From Alkalihalobacillus sp. 1P02AB (GTDB lineage: Bacteria; Bacillota; Bacilli; Bacillales; Bacillaceae_D), in assembly GCF_047302405.1 (NCBI RefSeq), contig NZ_CP154853.1, positions 2,300,076 to 2,324,075 on the forward strand: a DNA stretch of 24,000 nucleotides, written 5' to 3'. How positions within the stretch are numbered: the stretch's first letter is position 1; every line of letters starts with the position of its first letter. Made by a program: the position numbers and the translations under genes. This document shows positions 1 to 6,953 of the stretch, in pieces. The notes beneath the pieces are model-generated. The model ran no database searches. It was not told the origin of the DNA and worked only from the letters and a program-made list of their open reading frames with translations.

Positions 1-244
1 AATCCTCCTCCGTCATAGCTTTTGGGTCTGCAATAATTCCTGCAAAATACATGGCATCATAATTACCTGTAGCATACAACTCTTCAGCTAAACGCTGATT
101 TATTTTAATTTTCTTTGCGATTGGCTTCATAGCACCTGTAGCTACACCAAAAACAGGCTCGTGAGCACCATTAGATATAGTCATTTTTTTAGTTCGTTCC
201 TTACCGAGCGATTCAAGCTCATGCATAACCGTTTCGAAATCCAT
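1..244 (-). CDS. DNA alkylation repair protein (AlkD-like HEAT-repeat family), N-terminal part; the gene runs off the window start
   Basis: My own minus-strand translation from the ATG at 244-242 gives MDFETVMHELESLGKERTKKMTISNGAHEPVFGVATGAMKPIAKKIKINQRLAEELYATGNYDAMYFAGIIADPKAMTEED... and is open to base 1. The N-terminal pattern resembles alkylation-repair (PF08713-type) proteins as I remember them. It is absent from the ORF track because it is truncated. Confidence 0.65.
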   Translation of the reverse strand, partial: MDFETVMHELESLGKERTKKMTISNGAHEPVFGVATGAMKPIAKKIKINQRLAEELYATGNYDAMYFAGIIADPKAMTEED

Positions 245-392
245 AGTTTTATACGTCCTTCCATAAAATGATTTTTTTATTACTAACAACGAGTTTATGT
301 TCTTGATCAAGTCTTCTCCACTTCTCAATTTTACCATAATTATATTCAAGTATTCTGCTTCGTTTACAGTTTACTACCCACTTGTAAACTAA

Positions 393-427
393 GAAAAGCA
401 TCTCTTCAAACAGAAGAAATGCTTTTC
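393..427 (-). terminator. Rho-independent terminator downstream of the 441..1010 gene
   Basis: The 15-nt arms gaaaagcatctcttc / gaagaaatgcttttc have one mismatch and a 5-nt loop. The hairpin lies 14 nt past the stop codon and is followed by a T-rich tract on the minus strand. Confidence 0.6.
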
Positions 428-440
428 ATGAACATATTAA

Positions 441-1010
441 TTATTCTAACGGATCTTCTTTTTCATTTGGGAAATCAATTGAGTCAGCAATTTTTACAAA
501 TAGTTCTGGAGTAACAATATCAGAAACCCTATGATCAACCCAGAGCATATATTGCCAATTATCTCTTTCAAAGACAAATACTTTAACCGATTCTGATACG
601 TCCATATATGTTGCTTTATTTCCATTCTTAAGATTATACAATTTAATAATATGCTCATCTTTAATTCGAATTTTATGCACAACAGGTCGTACATCAATTG
701 TGTAATGAAGTTCCGGTGACTCTTCATTAATAAATTCCATGTTCAATGCACCGTTTTTATCACCAACTGTTTTCGTAAACCTGCCAAATTGATGTGTAAA
801 GTTTAAAGGTGGCACTCTAAGAGGTAACTTTAATTCTTTATTGAAATACTGTTCAAATTCCTGAACCGACTCTTCAATCGTTTTATAACCAATTTCAGGA
901 TAAACCTCCTCTAAAGGTCGTGTTTCTTCATTAGTTATGGCCTTTACTTGATTTACAACACTAGTTAAAAGACCAAAAATAAGTATGATAAGTAAAATTG
1001 ACTTTTTCAT
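441..1010 (-). CDS. Secreted protein of unknown function (DUF4367-like C-terminus)
   Basis: The 189-aa ORF has an N-terminal signal peptide (MKKSILLIILIFGLLTSVVNQVKA) and the RBS agggtgatgga upstream. The C-terminal ...WQYMLWVD...ELFVKIADSI pattern resembles DUF4367. This family assignment is from memory only. Confidence 0.6.
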   Translation of the reverse strand: MKKSILLIILIFGLLTSVVNQVKAITNEETRPLEEVYPEIGYKTIEESVQEFEQYFNKELKLPLRVPPLNFTHQFGRFTKTVGDKNGALNMEFINEESPELHYTIDVRPVVHKIRIKDEHIIKLYNLKNGNKATYMDVSESVKVFVFERDNWQYMLWVDHRVSDIVTPELFVKIADSIDFPNEKEDPLE

Positions 1011-1297
1011 TCCATCACCCTAAATTTTATTTAGGCATATTTTCTCCTATTGAACTTCATTTATTCTCATTTAACAAATCGGTGCCTTACTACCATTCGA
1101 ATCTCTTAGCAACTCAAGCAATCCTATCCGTATAATACTCTAATACAAATAAACTTCTACATTCGAGTAAAAATCGTGCTAAGATTATATAAAAATAATG
1201 CCAACAAGGTGGGCTATTTGGATCCTCAAAACAGGCTATAATTTCAGTTATCTAAAGATTAAAATAATTAAACAAGGATCAATATAGGAGTGGTCAT

Positions 1298-1828
1298 ATG
1301 ATAGGTATAAATAAAGGTGAAGTGAAGTTAGTTGCTCATTCTACTGATTGGTCGACAATATTTAATGAAGAGAAGAAGTTATTACACTCATTAATTGGGG
1401 AACATATCCAAGATATTCAGCATATCGGTAGTACAGCCATAAATGGCATCGCTGCAAAGCCTTTAATCGATATTGTTGTAGGTGTTCAAACAATGGCTGA
1501 CGTTGAACAATTTGACACAGAAAAACTAAAAGCAATTGGATATTATCATTTACACCGAGTTAAATTGGATAAAAAAGAGGTGTTTGCAAAATTCTCTAAC
1601 TTAGAAACCCTTACTAAAACACATATCCTTCATATTGTCGAATACCAGGATGAATGGTGGAATCAACACATTTTCTTTAGAGATTTTTTAAATAGACATC
1701 CTGAAGTAGCCAAAGAATATGAAACTTTAAAAAAGACCTTAGCATTTAAGTACCCTAATAATGAAAGAGCTTATACAGATGAAAAGAAAGCATTTGTTGA
1801 TGATGTTTTAAATAATATGGAGAAATAA
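1298..1828 (+). CDS. GrpB family protein (UPF0157, nucleotidyltransferase-fold)
   Basis: The 176-aa ORF has the RBS AGGAGTGG upstream. It carries the GrpB-type motif HIGSTAINGIAAKPLIDIVVGV and the C-terminal FRDFLNRHPEVAKEYETLK. Confidence 0.8.
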   Translation: MIGINKGEVKLVAHSTDWSTIFNEEKKLLHSLIGEHIQDIQHIGSTAINGIAAKPLIDIVVGVQTMADVEQFDTEKLKAIGYYHLHRVKLDKKEVFAKFSNLETLTKTHILHIVEYQDEWWNQHIFFRDFLNRHPEVAKEYETLKKTLAFKYPNNERAYTDEKKAFVDDVLNNMEK

Positions 1829-1847
1829 TTTGAAATTAATATAAACA

Positions 1848-1897
1848 GGATGGACTCATACAAAATACTAATTATATAAGTCCATCCCCTTTCTTGT
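1848..1897. terminator. Bidirectional terminator between convergent grpB-like (+) and yozG-like (-) genes
   Basis: There is a perfect 9-bp stem, ggatggact (1848-1856) / agtccatcc (1879-1887). T-rich tracts follow on both strands. Confidence 0.6.
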
Positions 1898-1916
1898 AAA
1901 ACAATTTTAAAACAGC

Positions 1917-2132
1917 TTATTCTTGATTGTCCTTTTTATATTCAAGAATATCACCAGGTTGACAGTCTAATGCTTTGCAAATCGCATCTAAAGTCGAAAG
2001 GCGGATTGCTTTTGCCTTGCCATTTTTCAAAACAGAAAGATTCGCCATCGTGATTCCAACTTTCCCTGATAGCTCTGTTACACTCATCTTTCTTTTCGCT
2101 AACATCACATCAATGTTGATTATAATCGACAT
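1917..2132 (-). CDS. XRE/Cro-type HTH transcriptional regulator, YozG-like
   Basis: The sequence MSIIINIDVMLAKRKMSVTELSGKVGITMANLSVLKNGKAKAIRLSTLDAICKALDCQPGDILEY matches the short YozG-type HTH family. I moved the start to the ATG at 2132, which has GAGGTG 6 nt upstream. The track start at 2141 is a GTG lying inside that SD. Confidence 0.85.
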   Translation of the reverse strand: MSIIINIDVMLAKRKMSVTELSGKVGITMANLSVLKNGKAKAIRLSTLDAICKALDCQPGDILEYKKDNQE

Positions 2133-2142
2133 TGTTATCACC

Positions 2143-2619
2143 TCAAACTGTCAAATCATTTTCTAATTTTATATTGATAGCACCTTCTAATAGCGTTTGG
2201 AGAACCGCAGAAAAGACTGCAATAACTAATGAAGCAAAAATAATGATGATTCCGATAAAACCAATTCCAGGATGTAATGCATTTAACGTTACTAGAAAAA
2301 TACTCCCTACAACATATAGAATGCTAATCAAAATGGCACAGCATTTAATATTTTTCAACGCTATTACAGAAGAATTTGAGAAGACAATATTTTCCTCAAT
2401 GTACTTTAAAAGCCTTAATGCTTGGTATAAAGCAAAAAAAAATGGAATTGTCGTTACATATAACCCAATTAAGACAGGATAATGTAAATATGCATATTCT
2501 GGAGCCACTTTTACTGATTCATTAGCTATCCAAGGTAACCAAAATATAGATAGAGCAAATATGATAATTCCAATCAGAATAACAACTACCTTTAAAAACG
2601 TTGTTTTCCCTCGTGTCAT
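2143..2619 (-). CDS. DUF2975-type multi-pass membrane protein, the usual partner of YozG-like regulators
   Basis: The ORF is hydrophobic with about four predicted TM segments. Its stop at 2143 abuts the SD of the regulator gene. I moved the start to the ATG at 2619 (MTRGKTT...), which has GTGAGGTG 7 nt upstream. The track start at 2634 lies within that SD. Confidence 0.7.
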   Translation of the reverse strand: MTRGKTTFLKVVVILIGIIIFALSIFWLPWIANESVKVAPEYAYLHYPVLIGLYVTTIPFFFALYQALRLLKYIEENIVFSNSSVIALKNIKCCAILISILYVVGSIFLVTLNALHPGIGFIGIIIIFASLVIAVFSAVLQTLLEGAINIKLENDLTV

Positions 2620-2789
2620 AAAAAAGCACCTCACTTGTTTATCGTTATTTTTAATATATTACAAAATTTATCGAATAACAATAAATATTTACTTTTTTAC
2701 GATTAGACATTAATACCTTAACTTCAGTGTAAAAAAATGTTATCATCGATAGATAATACCATTTTAAATTATGAAAAGAGGTGTAAGAT

Positions 2790-2972
2790 ATGGCGTTCGA
2801 CATTGCATGGGGATCAGTTATTTATCAACTGATTGCTTTTGGACTCATTTTTTTATTCATTTTTTTAATTGTAAAGCTAGTTATGAATTCAAAAGAAAAG
2901 AAGAATCAACAAAAAGAACTCGAAAAAAAATTGGATAAAGTAATAGGAATACTGGAGAAAGAAAAGAAATAG
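2790..2972 (+). CDS. Small single-pass membrane protein with a charged coiled tail (possibly DUF4083-like)
   Basis: The 60-aa ORF has a strong RBS (aaagaggtg, then 7 nt, then ATG). One TM segment (VIYQLIAFGLIFLFIFLIVKLV) is followed by a K/E-rich tail. The family name is from memory and tentative. Confidence 0.6.
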   Translation: MAFDIAWGSVIYQLIAFGLIFLFIFLIVKLVMNSKEKKNQQKELEKKLDKVIGILEKEKK

Positions 2973-3019
2973 AAAGCCAGTGTATTCGTTTTGTATTGAT
3001 TTAGAGTGAAAAAGATGCC

Positions 3020-3065
3020 AAAAAGGATAAGTGAACTGTCGGTATTGTTCACCTAGCCCTTTTTT
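3020..3065. terminator. Bidirectional terminator between the 60-aa gene (+) and the GNAT gene (-)
   Basis: The 12-nt arms ggataagtgaac (3025-3036) / gttcacctagcc (3047-3058) have 2 mismatches. An A-run lies to the left and T6 to the right. Confidence 0.65.
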
Positions 3066-3669
3066 AATGCGTTGATTCGTTTTGCTTATACCTCATATAT
3101 AAATAATAGTTAATTCCGCTAAGCTTGCTATGTTTTTGCTTAACACGTTTGACTTCTTTAAACCCTAATTTTTCGTATAGTTGAATCGCACCGATATTCG
3201 TATCCGCTACTCCGTCGAGAATGTATTCATTGTATTCTGGTAAAGCAAAGAGATGGTTCATAATCGCGGATGCGACGCCTCTTCTTCTATATTTTTCAGC
3301 TGTTGCAACAAAGCCAACAGAGGCCACCTTTTCTCCTGTTTTAGTAGATAGCTGCTGGAATTCTTTTTTGAAAACGATATTAGCAATCGTCCCTTTATAA
3401 ACACCTAAATGTTTTCTCAATTCTTTTTTGTTATGGTTAATAGATTGTGTTTGACCATCTGATAGCACTGTGATACCTGCAACCTCGCCATCAATTAGAG
3501 CAACATAAAAAACATCAAGATTAAACATATGCTCTAATGCCTTAGCGAGCTTCTTTTTATCTTTTGAAAAAAACCTGAGGTCATGACCGAACCCAGCAAC
3601 AAAAGCCTCACTTACCATTTCCCTTCCCTTTTCACCTAATTCACTCGCTCGTTTGATTTCCATCATCAT
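3064..3669 (-). CDS. GNAT family N-acetyltransferase
   Basis: The 201-aa ORF carries the acetyl-CoA motif YRRRGVASAIMNHL and ends ...LYEKLGFKEV. Three consecutive ATGs at 3669/3666/3663 follow AAGGAGG, so the true start is probably the 2nd or 3rd. The 5' end overlaps the TetR gene. Confidence 0.85.
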   Translation of the reverse strand: MMMEIKRASELGEKGREMVSEAFVAGFGHDLRFFSKDKKKLAKALEHMFNLDVFYVALIDGEVAGITVLSDGQTQSINHNKKELRKHLGVYKGTIANIVFKKEFQQLSTKTGEKVASVGFVATAEKYRRRGVASAIMNHLFALPEYNEYILDGVADTNIGAIQLYEKLGFKEVKRVKQKHSKLSGINYYLYMRYKQNESTH

Positions 3670-4279
3670 TTGCCTCCTTTATAAGAAATGCCGTTACGAT
3701 TTTAGGACTTGGAGTGATAAAACGTTCCTTCATCGTTAACCTAATATTCGTAAGGCCTTGCAACGTAGCCAAATAAAAGAAGGCCATCTCCATTGCATCC
3801 CCGTCTTTAAATTGTCCAAGCGTTTGCCCCTTTTTAATCAAAATAGCCAATTGATTCAGCATCGCTTCACTTTGTTCATTTAAAAATTTCACTTCTGGTG
3901 GTGGATTCTCCATTGTACTAGCCTGATTCATAAGCATAAGAAACTCCGAAAATTGCTCATTTTTGTTGAGATCATTTAAAATCTCCAACGTTAACCCTTG
4001 AATAATTTCTGTTGGGGAAGCATCACTCTGAAACATTTCAACATTCTCTTTCAACCCAGTTGCGGCCACGTTAACAAGTTCATTAAACAAATGATCCTTC
4101 GATTTATAATGACGATACATAAGACCTGTACTAACTTGAGCCTTGTTTGCAATATCCTGAACACTCGTTGCCACAAACCCTTTTTGGGTAAATAATTTGA
4201 TCGCAGCAGATTGAATTTTTTCTCTTGTAGCCATTCTCATAGCCTCATACTGTTCCTTTGTTCTAGGCATCAAAACCAC
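3641..4279 (-). CDS. TetR/AcrR family transcriptional regulator
   Basis: The 212-aa ORF has an N-terminal HTH (FTQKGFVATSVQDIANKAQVSTGLMYRHYKSKDHLF) and the RBS aagaggtgg upstream. Confidence 0.9.
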   Translation of the reverse strand: MVLMPRTKEQYEAMRMATREKIQSAAIKLFTQKGFVATSVQDIANKAQVSTGLMYRHYKSKDHLFNELVNVAATGLKENVEMFQSDASPTEIIQGLTLEILNDLNKNEQFSEFLMLMNQASTMENPPPEVKFLNEQSEAMLNQLAILIKKGQTLGQFKDGDAMEMAFFYLATLQGLTNIRLTMKERFITPSPKIVTAFLIKEANDDGNQTSE

Positions 4280-4290
4280 CTCTTTTAATG

Positions 4291-4333
4291 AATGAATATA
4301 TATTCATTATAAAACCGTTTATCCAAATGTCAA
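4291..4333 (-). promoter_or_regulatory. SigA-type promoter of the TetR-GNAT operon with an overlapping palindromic operator
   Basis: Read on the minus strand, TTGACA (4333-4328), a 16-nt spacer and TATAAT (4311-4306) are present. A perfect 18-bp palindrome AATGAATATATATTCATT at 4291-4308 overlaps the -10 box and the transcription start region. Confidence 0.6.
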
Positions 4334-4426
4334 ATAGTCTTCTCATTCATAAAGCTTTTTTTAGTATGTACCACTATTTGTCCTTAGCCACTTCCCTTTT
4401 TTAAAATATAGTGCTATACTGATCTA

Positions 4427-4543
4427 GCGATGAGCTAATTTGCATAAGACGAGATTGACATGCCTTAATGGCAGGCACAAATGTGGAGTGCTGTCTCTCG
4501 CCGCAAAACGCCAAAAAAGACGTCCTTATGGGCGTCTTTTTTT
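4427..4543 (+). ncRNA. Candidate small RNA (unassigned family) between the TetR and SDR genes
   Basis: An extended -10 box TGcTATACT lies at 4412-4420, with a weak -35. Downstream are nested stems: 4427-4434/4495-4501 and the tgcc-ttaat-ggca hairpin at 4461-4473. The element ends at the A6-hairpin-T7 terminator at 4513-4543. There is no SD-led ORF. Confidence 0.2.
4513..4543. terminator. Bidirectional rho-independent terminator; it terminates the SDR gene on the minus strand
   Basis: The sequence is aaaaaa-gacgtcc-ttat-gggcgtc-ttttttt: a 7-bp stem with one G-U pair, flanked by A6 and T7. Confidence 0.8.
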
Positions 4544-4639
4544 CATTATTCTTAAGTGATCGAGCCAATTCATACAAAACCCACCCTATTTCGGGACCAG
4601 CGACATTTAACTTTCAAAAAAAACAGAGCGTTATCTCTT

Positions 4640-5512
4640 TTACTCCACTTCTCCATATCCTTTAGGTACAGGTATGGCATGTTCCGCCTCTCTGCTTACA
4701 TCTTCCCACTGTTTCCAGCCAGCTATTCGCTCTTCTGTTTGCTCAATCGCAATATCCAACAATTGACTTCCGAGAATCAAACGATGTGGTGGTGAATCAC
4801 TATTTACTACTTTTAAAAGAGCTTCTGCAGCTAAGAGAGGGTCGCTATCAATAGAACTATTACTATACTGTTTAGCTAACTCTTCTCGTAAAGATTCATA
4901 AGCTTTTAATGGTTCGGTCTGTTTCATCTTCAAATAAAGATTTGTCCAATAGCCTCCAGGTTCTACGATCGTTAATTTCACCCCAAAATGTTTAGCTTCT
5001 TGGGCCAAAGCTTCACTCATACCTTCAAGGGCGAACTTACTAGCGCTGTAAATTCCCGACATCGGATTAGAAAGTAAACCACCAATACTAGAAACCTGAA
5101 TAATATGACCTGACCGCTGTTTTCGTAAGTGAGGCATCACAGCTTGGCACACCCAAACAACTCCAAAAAAGTTCGTCTCCATTTGGCTTCTTACTTCTTC
5201 TTCATTAAATTCTTCAATCATTCCCATAATCATATTCCCTGCATTGTTCACGACAATATCCACACAACCATGAATATTCATGACCGTTTCGACTGTAGAG
5301 AAAACAGAGTCTCTATCAGTAACATCTAGTTTCATCGGAAACAATTTACCCTCATATACTTTTTCTAAATCGATTAATTTTTTGATATTTCTTGAGACAG
5401 CTACCACTTTGTCTCCAGCCTCTAAAGCCTTTTTCGTAAATTCATATCCAAGCCCACTACTAGCTCCAGTTATAAACCATACCCTTAATTTGTTTTTACT
5501 TGCAGATGTCAT
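4640..5512 (-). CDS. SDR family NAD(P)-dependent oxidoreductase
   Basis: The 290-aa ORF carries TGASSGLG (the TGxxxGxG cofactor motif), NNAG and YSASK (catalytic YxxxK). The RBS GGGAGGAAG lies upstream. Confidence 0.9.
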   Translation of the reverse strand: MTSASKNKLRVWFITGASSGLGYEFTKKALEAGDKVVAVSRNIKKLIDLEKVYEGKLFPMKLDVTDRDSVFSTVETVMNIHGCVDIVVNNAGNMIMGMIEEFNEEEVRSQMETNFFGVVWVCQAVMPHLRKQRSGHIIQVSSIGGLLSNPMSGIYSASKFALEGMSEALAQEAKHFGVKLTIVEPGGYWTNLYLKMKQTEPLKAYESLREELAKQYSNSSIDSDPLLAAEALLKVVNSDSPPHRLILGSQLLDIAIEQTEERIAGWKQWEDVSREAEHAIPVPKGYGEVE

Positions 5513-5551
5513 TATGCATCTTCCTCCCTTTTATAAAAAACACTTATTAAT

Positions 5552-5580
5552 AAACAAAAAGCACAGGCAACGGCCTATGC
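5552..5580 (-). terminator. Intrinsic-terminator-like hairpin in the region just upstream of the SDR start codon
   Basis: The minus-strand RNA would read gcauaggc-cguu-gccugugc (8 bp including one G-U pair), followed by uuuuuguuu. The T-run ends about 40 nt before the ATG at 5512. Confidence 0.5.
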
Positions 5581-5719
5581 TCAACATAAATAAAATGAAA
5601 CTTTAAAAGAATACCCATTATATTTACAACCCTTGCCTCAAAACGAATCATTGAATCGCTTCAAAAATTGGTTGACAAAATGATCGAATATTAGTTGTAA
5701 TGACTTAATGTAGGTAAAC

Positions 5720-5886
5720 AAAAAAGAGGGTCATTGAGCCTCTTTTTGCACCACATATAAATGGTTTTCCTCTAAAAGATAGATCAATTCTATTATCTCG
5801 GCATAAGCAGAGCCTTTGAACGTATTAAATTAACGGTTCAAAGTTAGAATGATCGATCAAAAGGAAAACCTCCGTTCACTAAAGTT
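5720..5886 (-). ncRNA. Candidate structured small RNA or leader element (unassigned family)
   Basis: A possible minus-strand promoter is TTGACG (5921-5916), 17 nt, TAAAGT (5898-5893). The outer stem is ggttttcct (5763-5771) / aggaaaacc (5862-5870). It encloses the hairpins ataga-tcaat-tctat and ctttgaac (5814-5821) / gttcaaag (5836-5843). The element ends at the hairpin plus T-run at 5724-5747. The strand is uncertain because the terminator is bidirectional. Confidence 0.25.
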
Positions 5887-6128
5887 ACCTAAACTTTAAC
5901 AAACTAGACAACAAGCGTCAACCATAACATGGAGAATTTCAACGATTTAAAACTTATATTGAACGACTTCTAATGTTGAATTTTGTTACCGAATAGCTGG
6001 AAATGCTTGTTTTATGCTTAAAATGCATTTTGAAAAAATCGGTGATGTTGAACAATTTTGATCATGTCAATCCACTTGCTCTATTTTGGGTGAGTTTCTT
6101 ACATCATAATTTTTCTGTGAGCTTATTA

Positions 6129-6890
6129 CTAGTTAATGGGAGTTAATTCATGAATCATTTTTTTAATTGCCGCAATCACGATAGCAGGCTCGTCATGGTG
6201 GACATAATGAGCACTAGTCTTTGCCATTATCCATTCAGCGTTTGTAAAACGGCTCACAATCTCTTGTTGCATTTGATTCCATAAAAGCTGAGACTCTTTA
6301 GAGTAATGTGCTTTTTTGCCAGCACTGATGACTTTTAAAGGGATATTACTTTTCCCTTCAACTCGATCTTTTAGCTGCTGTAAACTCTCCATGAACTCAT
6401 CATAATTTCCTTCGATCGTAAACTGCTTATCGTATGCGAATTGAAACTCGGTTGACATCGTTGAGAGAAATCTTTCTTTATATTCTTCTGGTGTTGAATC
6501 AATCAAAACTAATCCTCCCACTTTATGAGGATAAGTAGAAGCAAATAATCTTGCATTTACACCACCAAATGAATGGCCTACTAATATATATGGAAGTTCA
6601 ATATCAAGGTAGTTTAGGAGTGAATTCAACTCCTCTACCATCTGCAGACTCGTCCTAGGATGGCCACTTTTCTCACTTTTCCCTACCCCAGCTCTATCAT
6701 AAACAAGAACAGTTGCTTCTTCAGATAATTCTTTGACAATACTATCCCATGTTGTCAAGTCGTCACCATAACCAGCTTCCATAATGATAATTGGCTTGTT
6801 TACATAACTTTCATATAATTTAACAAATAAATGAGTGTCGTTTACCGGGACAATGATTTCTTTCACCGACTTATAGTTGTGTTTAGGCAT
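6129..6890 (-). CDS. Alpha/beta-fold hydrolase
   Basis: The 253-aa ORF has the nucleophile elbow GHSFGG and a C-terminal SAHYVHHDEP block (catalytic His region). The RBS GGAGGAATGAA precedes the ATG. Confidence 0.85.
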   Translation of the reverse strand: MPKHNYKSVKEIIVPVNDTHLFVKLYESYVNKPIIIMEAGYGDDLTTWDSIVKELSEEATVLVYDRAGVGKSEKSGHPRTSLQMVEELNSLLNYLDIELPYILVGHSFGGVNARLFASTYPHKVGGLVLIDSTPEEYKERFLSTMSTEFQFAYDKQFTIEGNYDEFMESLQQLKDRVEGKSNIPLKVISAGKKAHYSKESQLLWNQMQQEIVSRFTNAEWIMAKTSAHYVHHDEPAIVIAAIKKMIHELTPIN

Positions 6891-6915
6891 TTCATTCCTC
6901 CAATGAGAACTTTGA

Positions 6916-6945
6916 CAAAAAAGCCTGACATAAAAAAATCAGGCT
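6916..6945 (-). terminator. Rho-independent terminator after the ABC permease gene
   Basis: The stem is agcctga (6922-6928) / tcaggct (6939-6945), followed by T6 on the minus strand. It begins 9 nt past the permease stop. Confidence 0.75.
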
Positions 6946-6953
6946 CAATCAAG

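Noticed and set aside
5763-5870. Nested inverted repeats interpreted as a MITE or other mobile-element remnant
   Set aside because: The GGTTTTCCT termini are inverted, but I see no target-site duplication flanking them (aat versus tcc). There is no second copy in the window and no transposase. I reported the element as a structured-RNA candidate instead.
5881-6128. ORF-free stretch downstream of the hydrolase as a decayed gene
   Set aside because: Hand translation of the minus-strand frame that continues from the hydrolase stop gives only very short peptides interrupted by frequent stops, with no recognisable motif. The ORF track lists nothing of 60 aa or more on either strand here. The only longer hand-found ORF is 47 aa on the plus strand from 6003; it lacks an SD and runs into the hydrolase 3' end.
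6129-6890. Alpha/beta hydrolase downstream of the iron importer as a siderophore esterase
   Set aside because: A strong terminator at 6916-6945 separates it from the permease gene. Nothing in the sequence beyond the generic GHSFGG elbow links it to Fes/BesA-type esterases.
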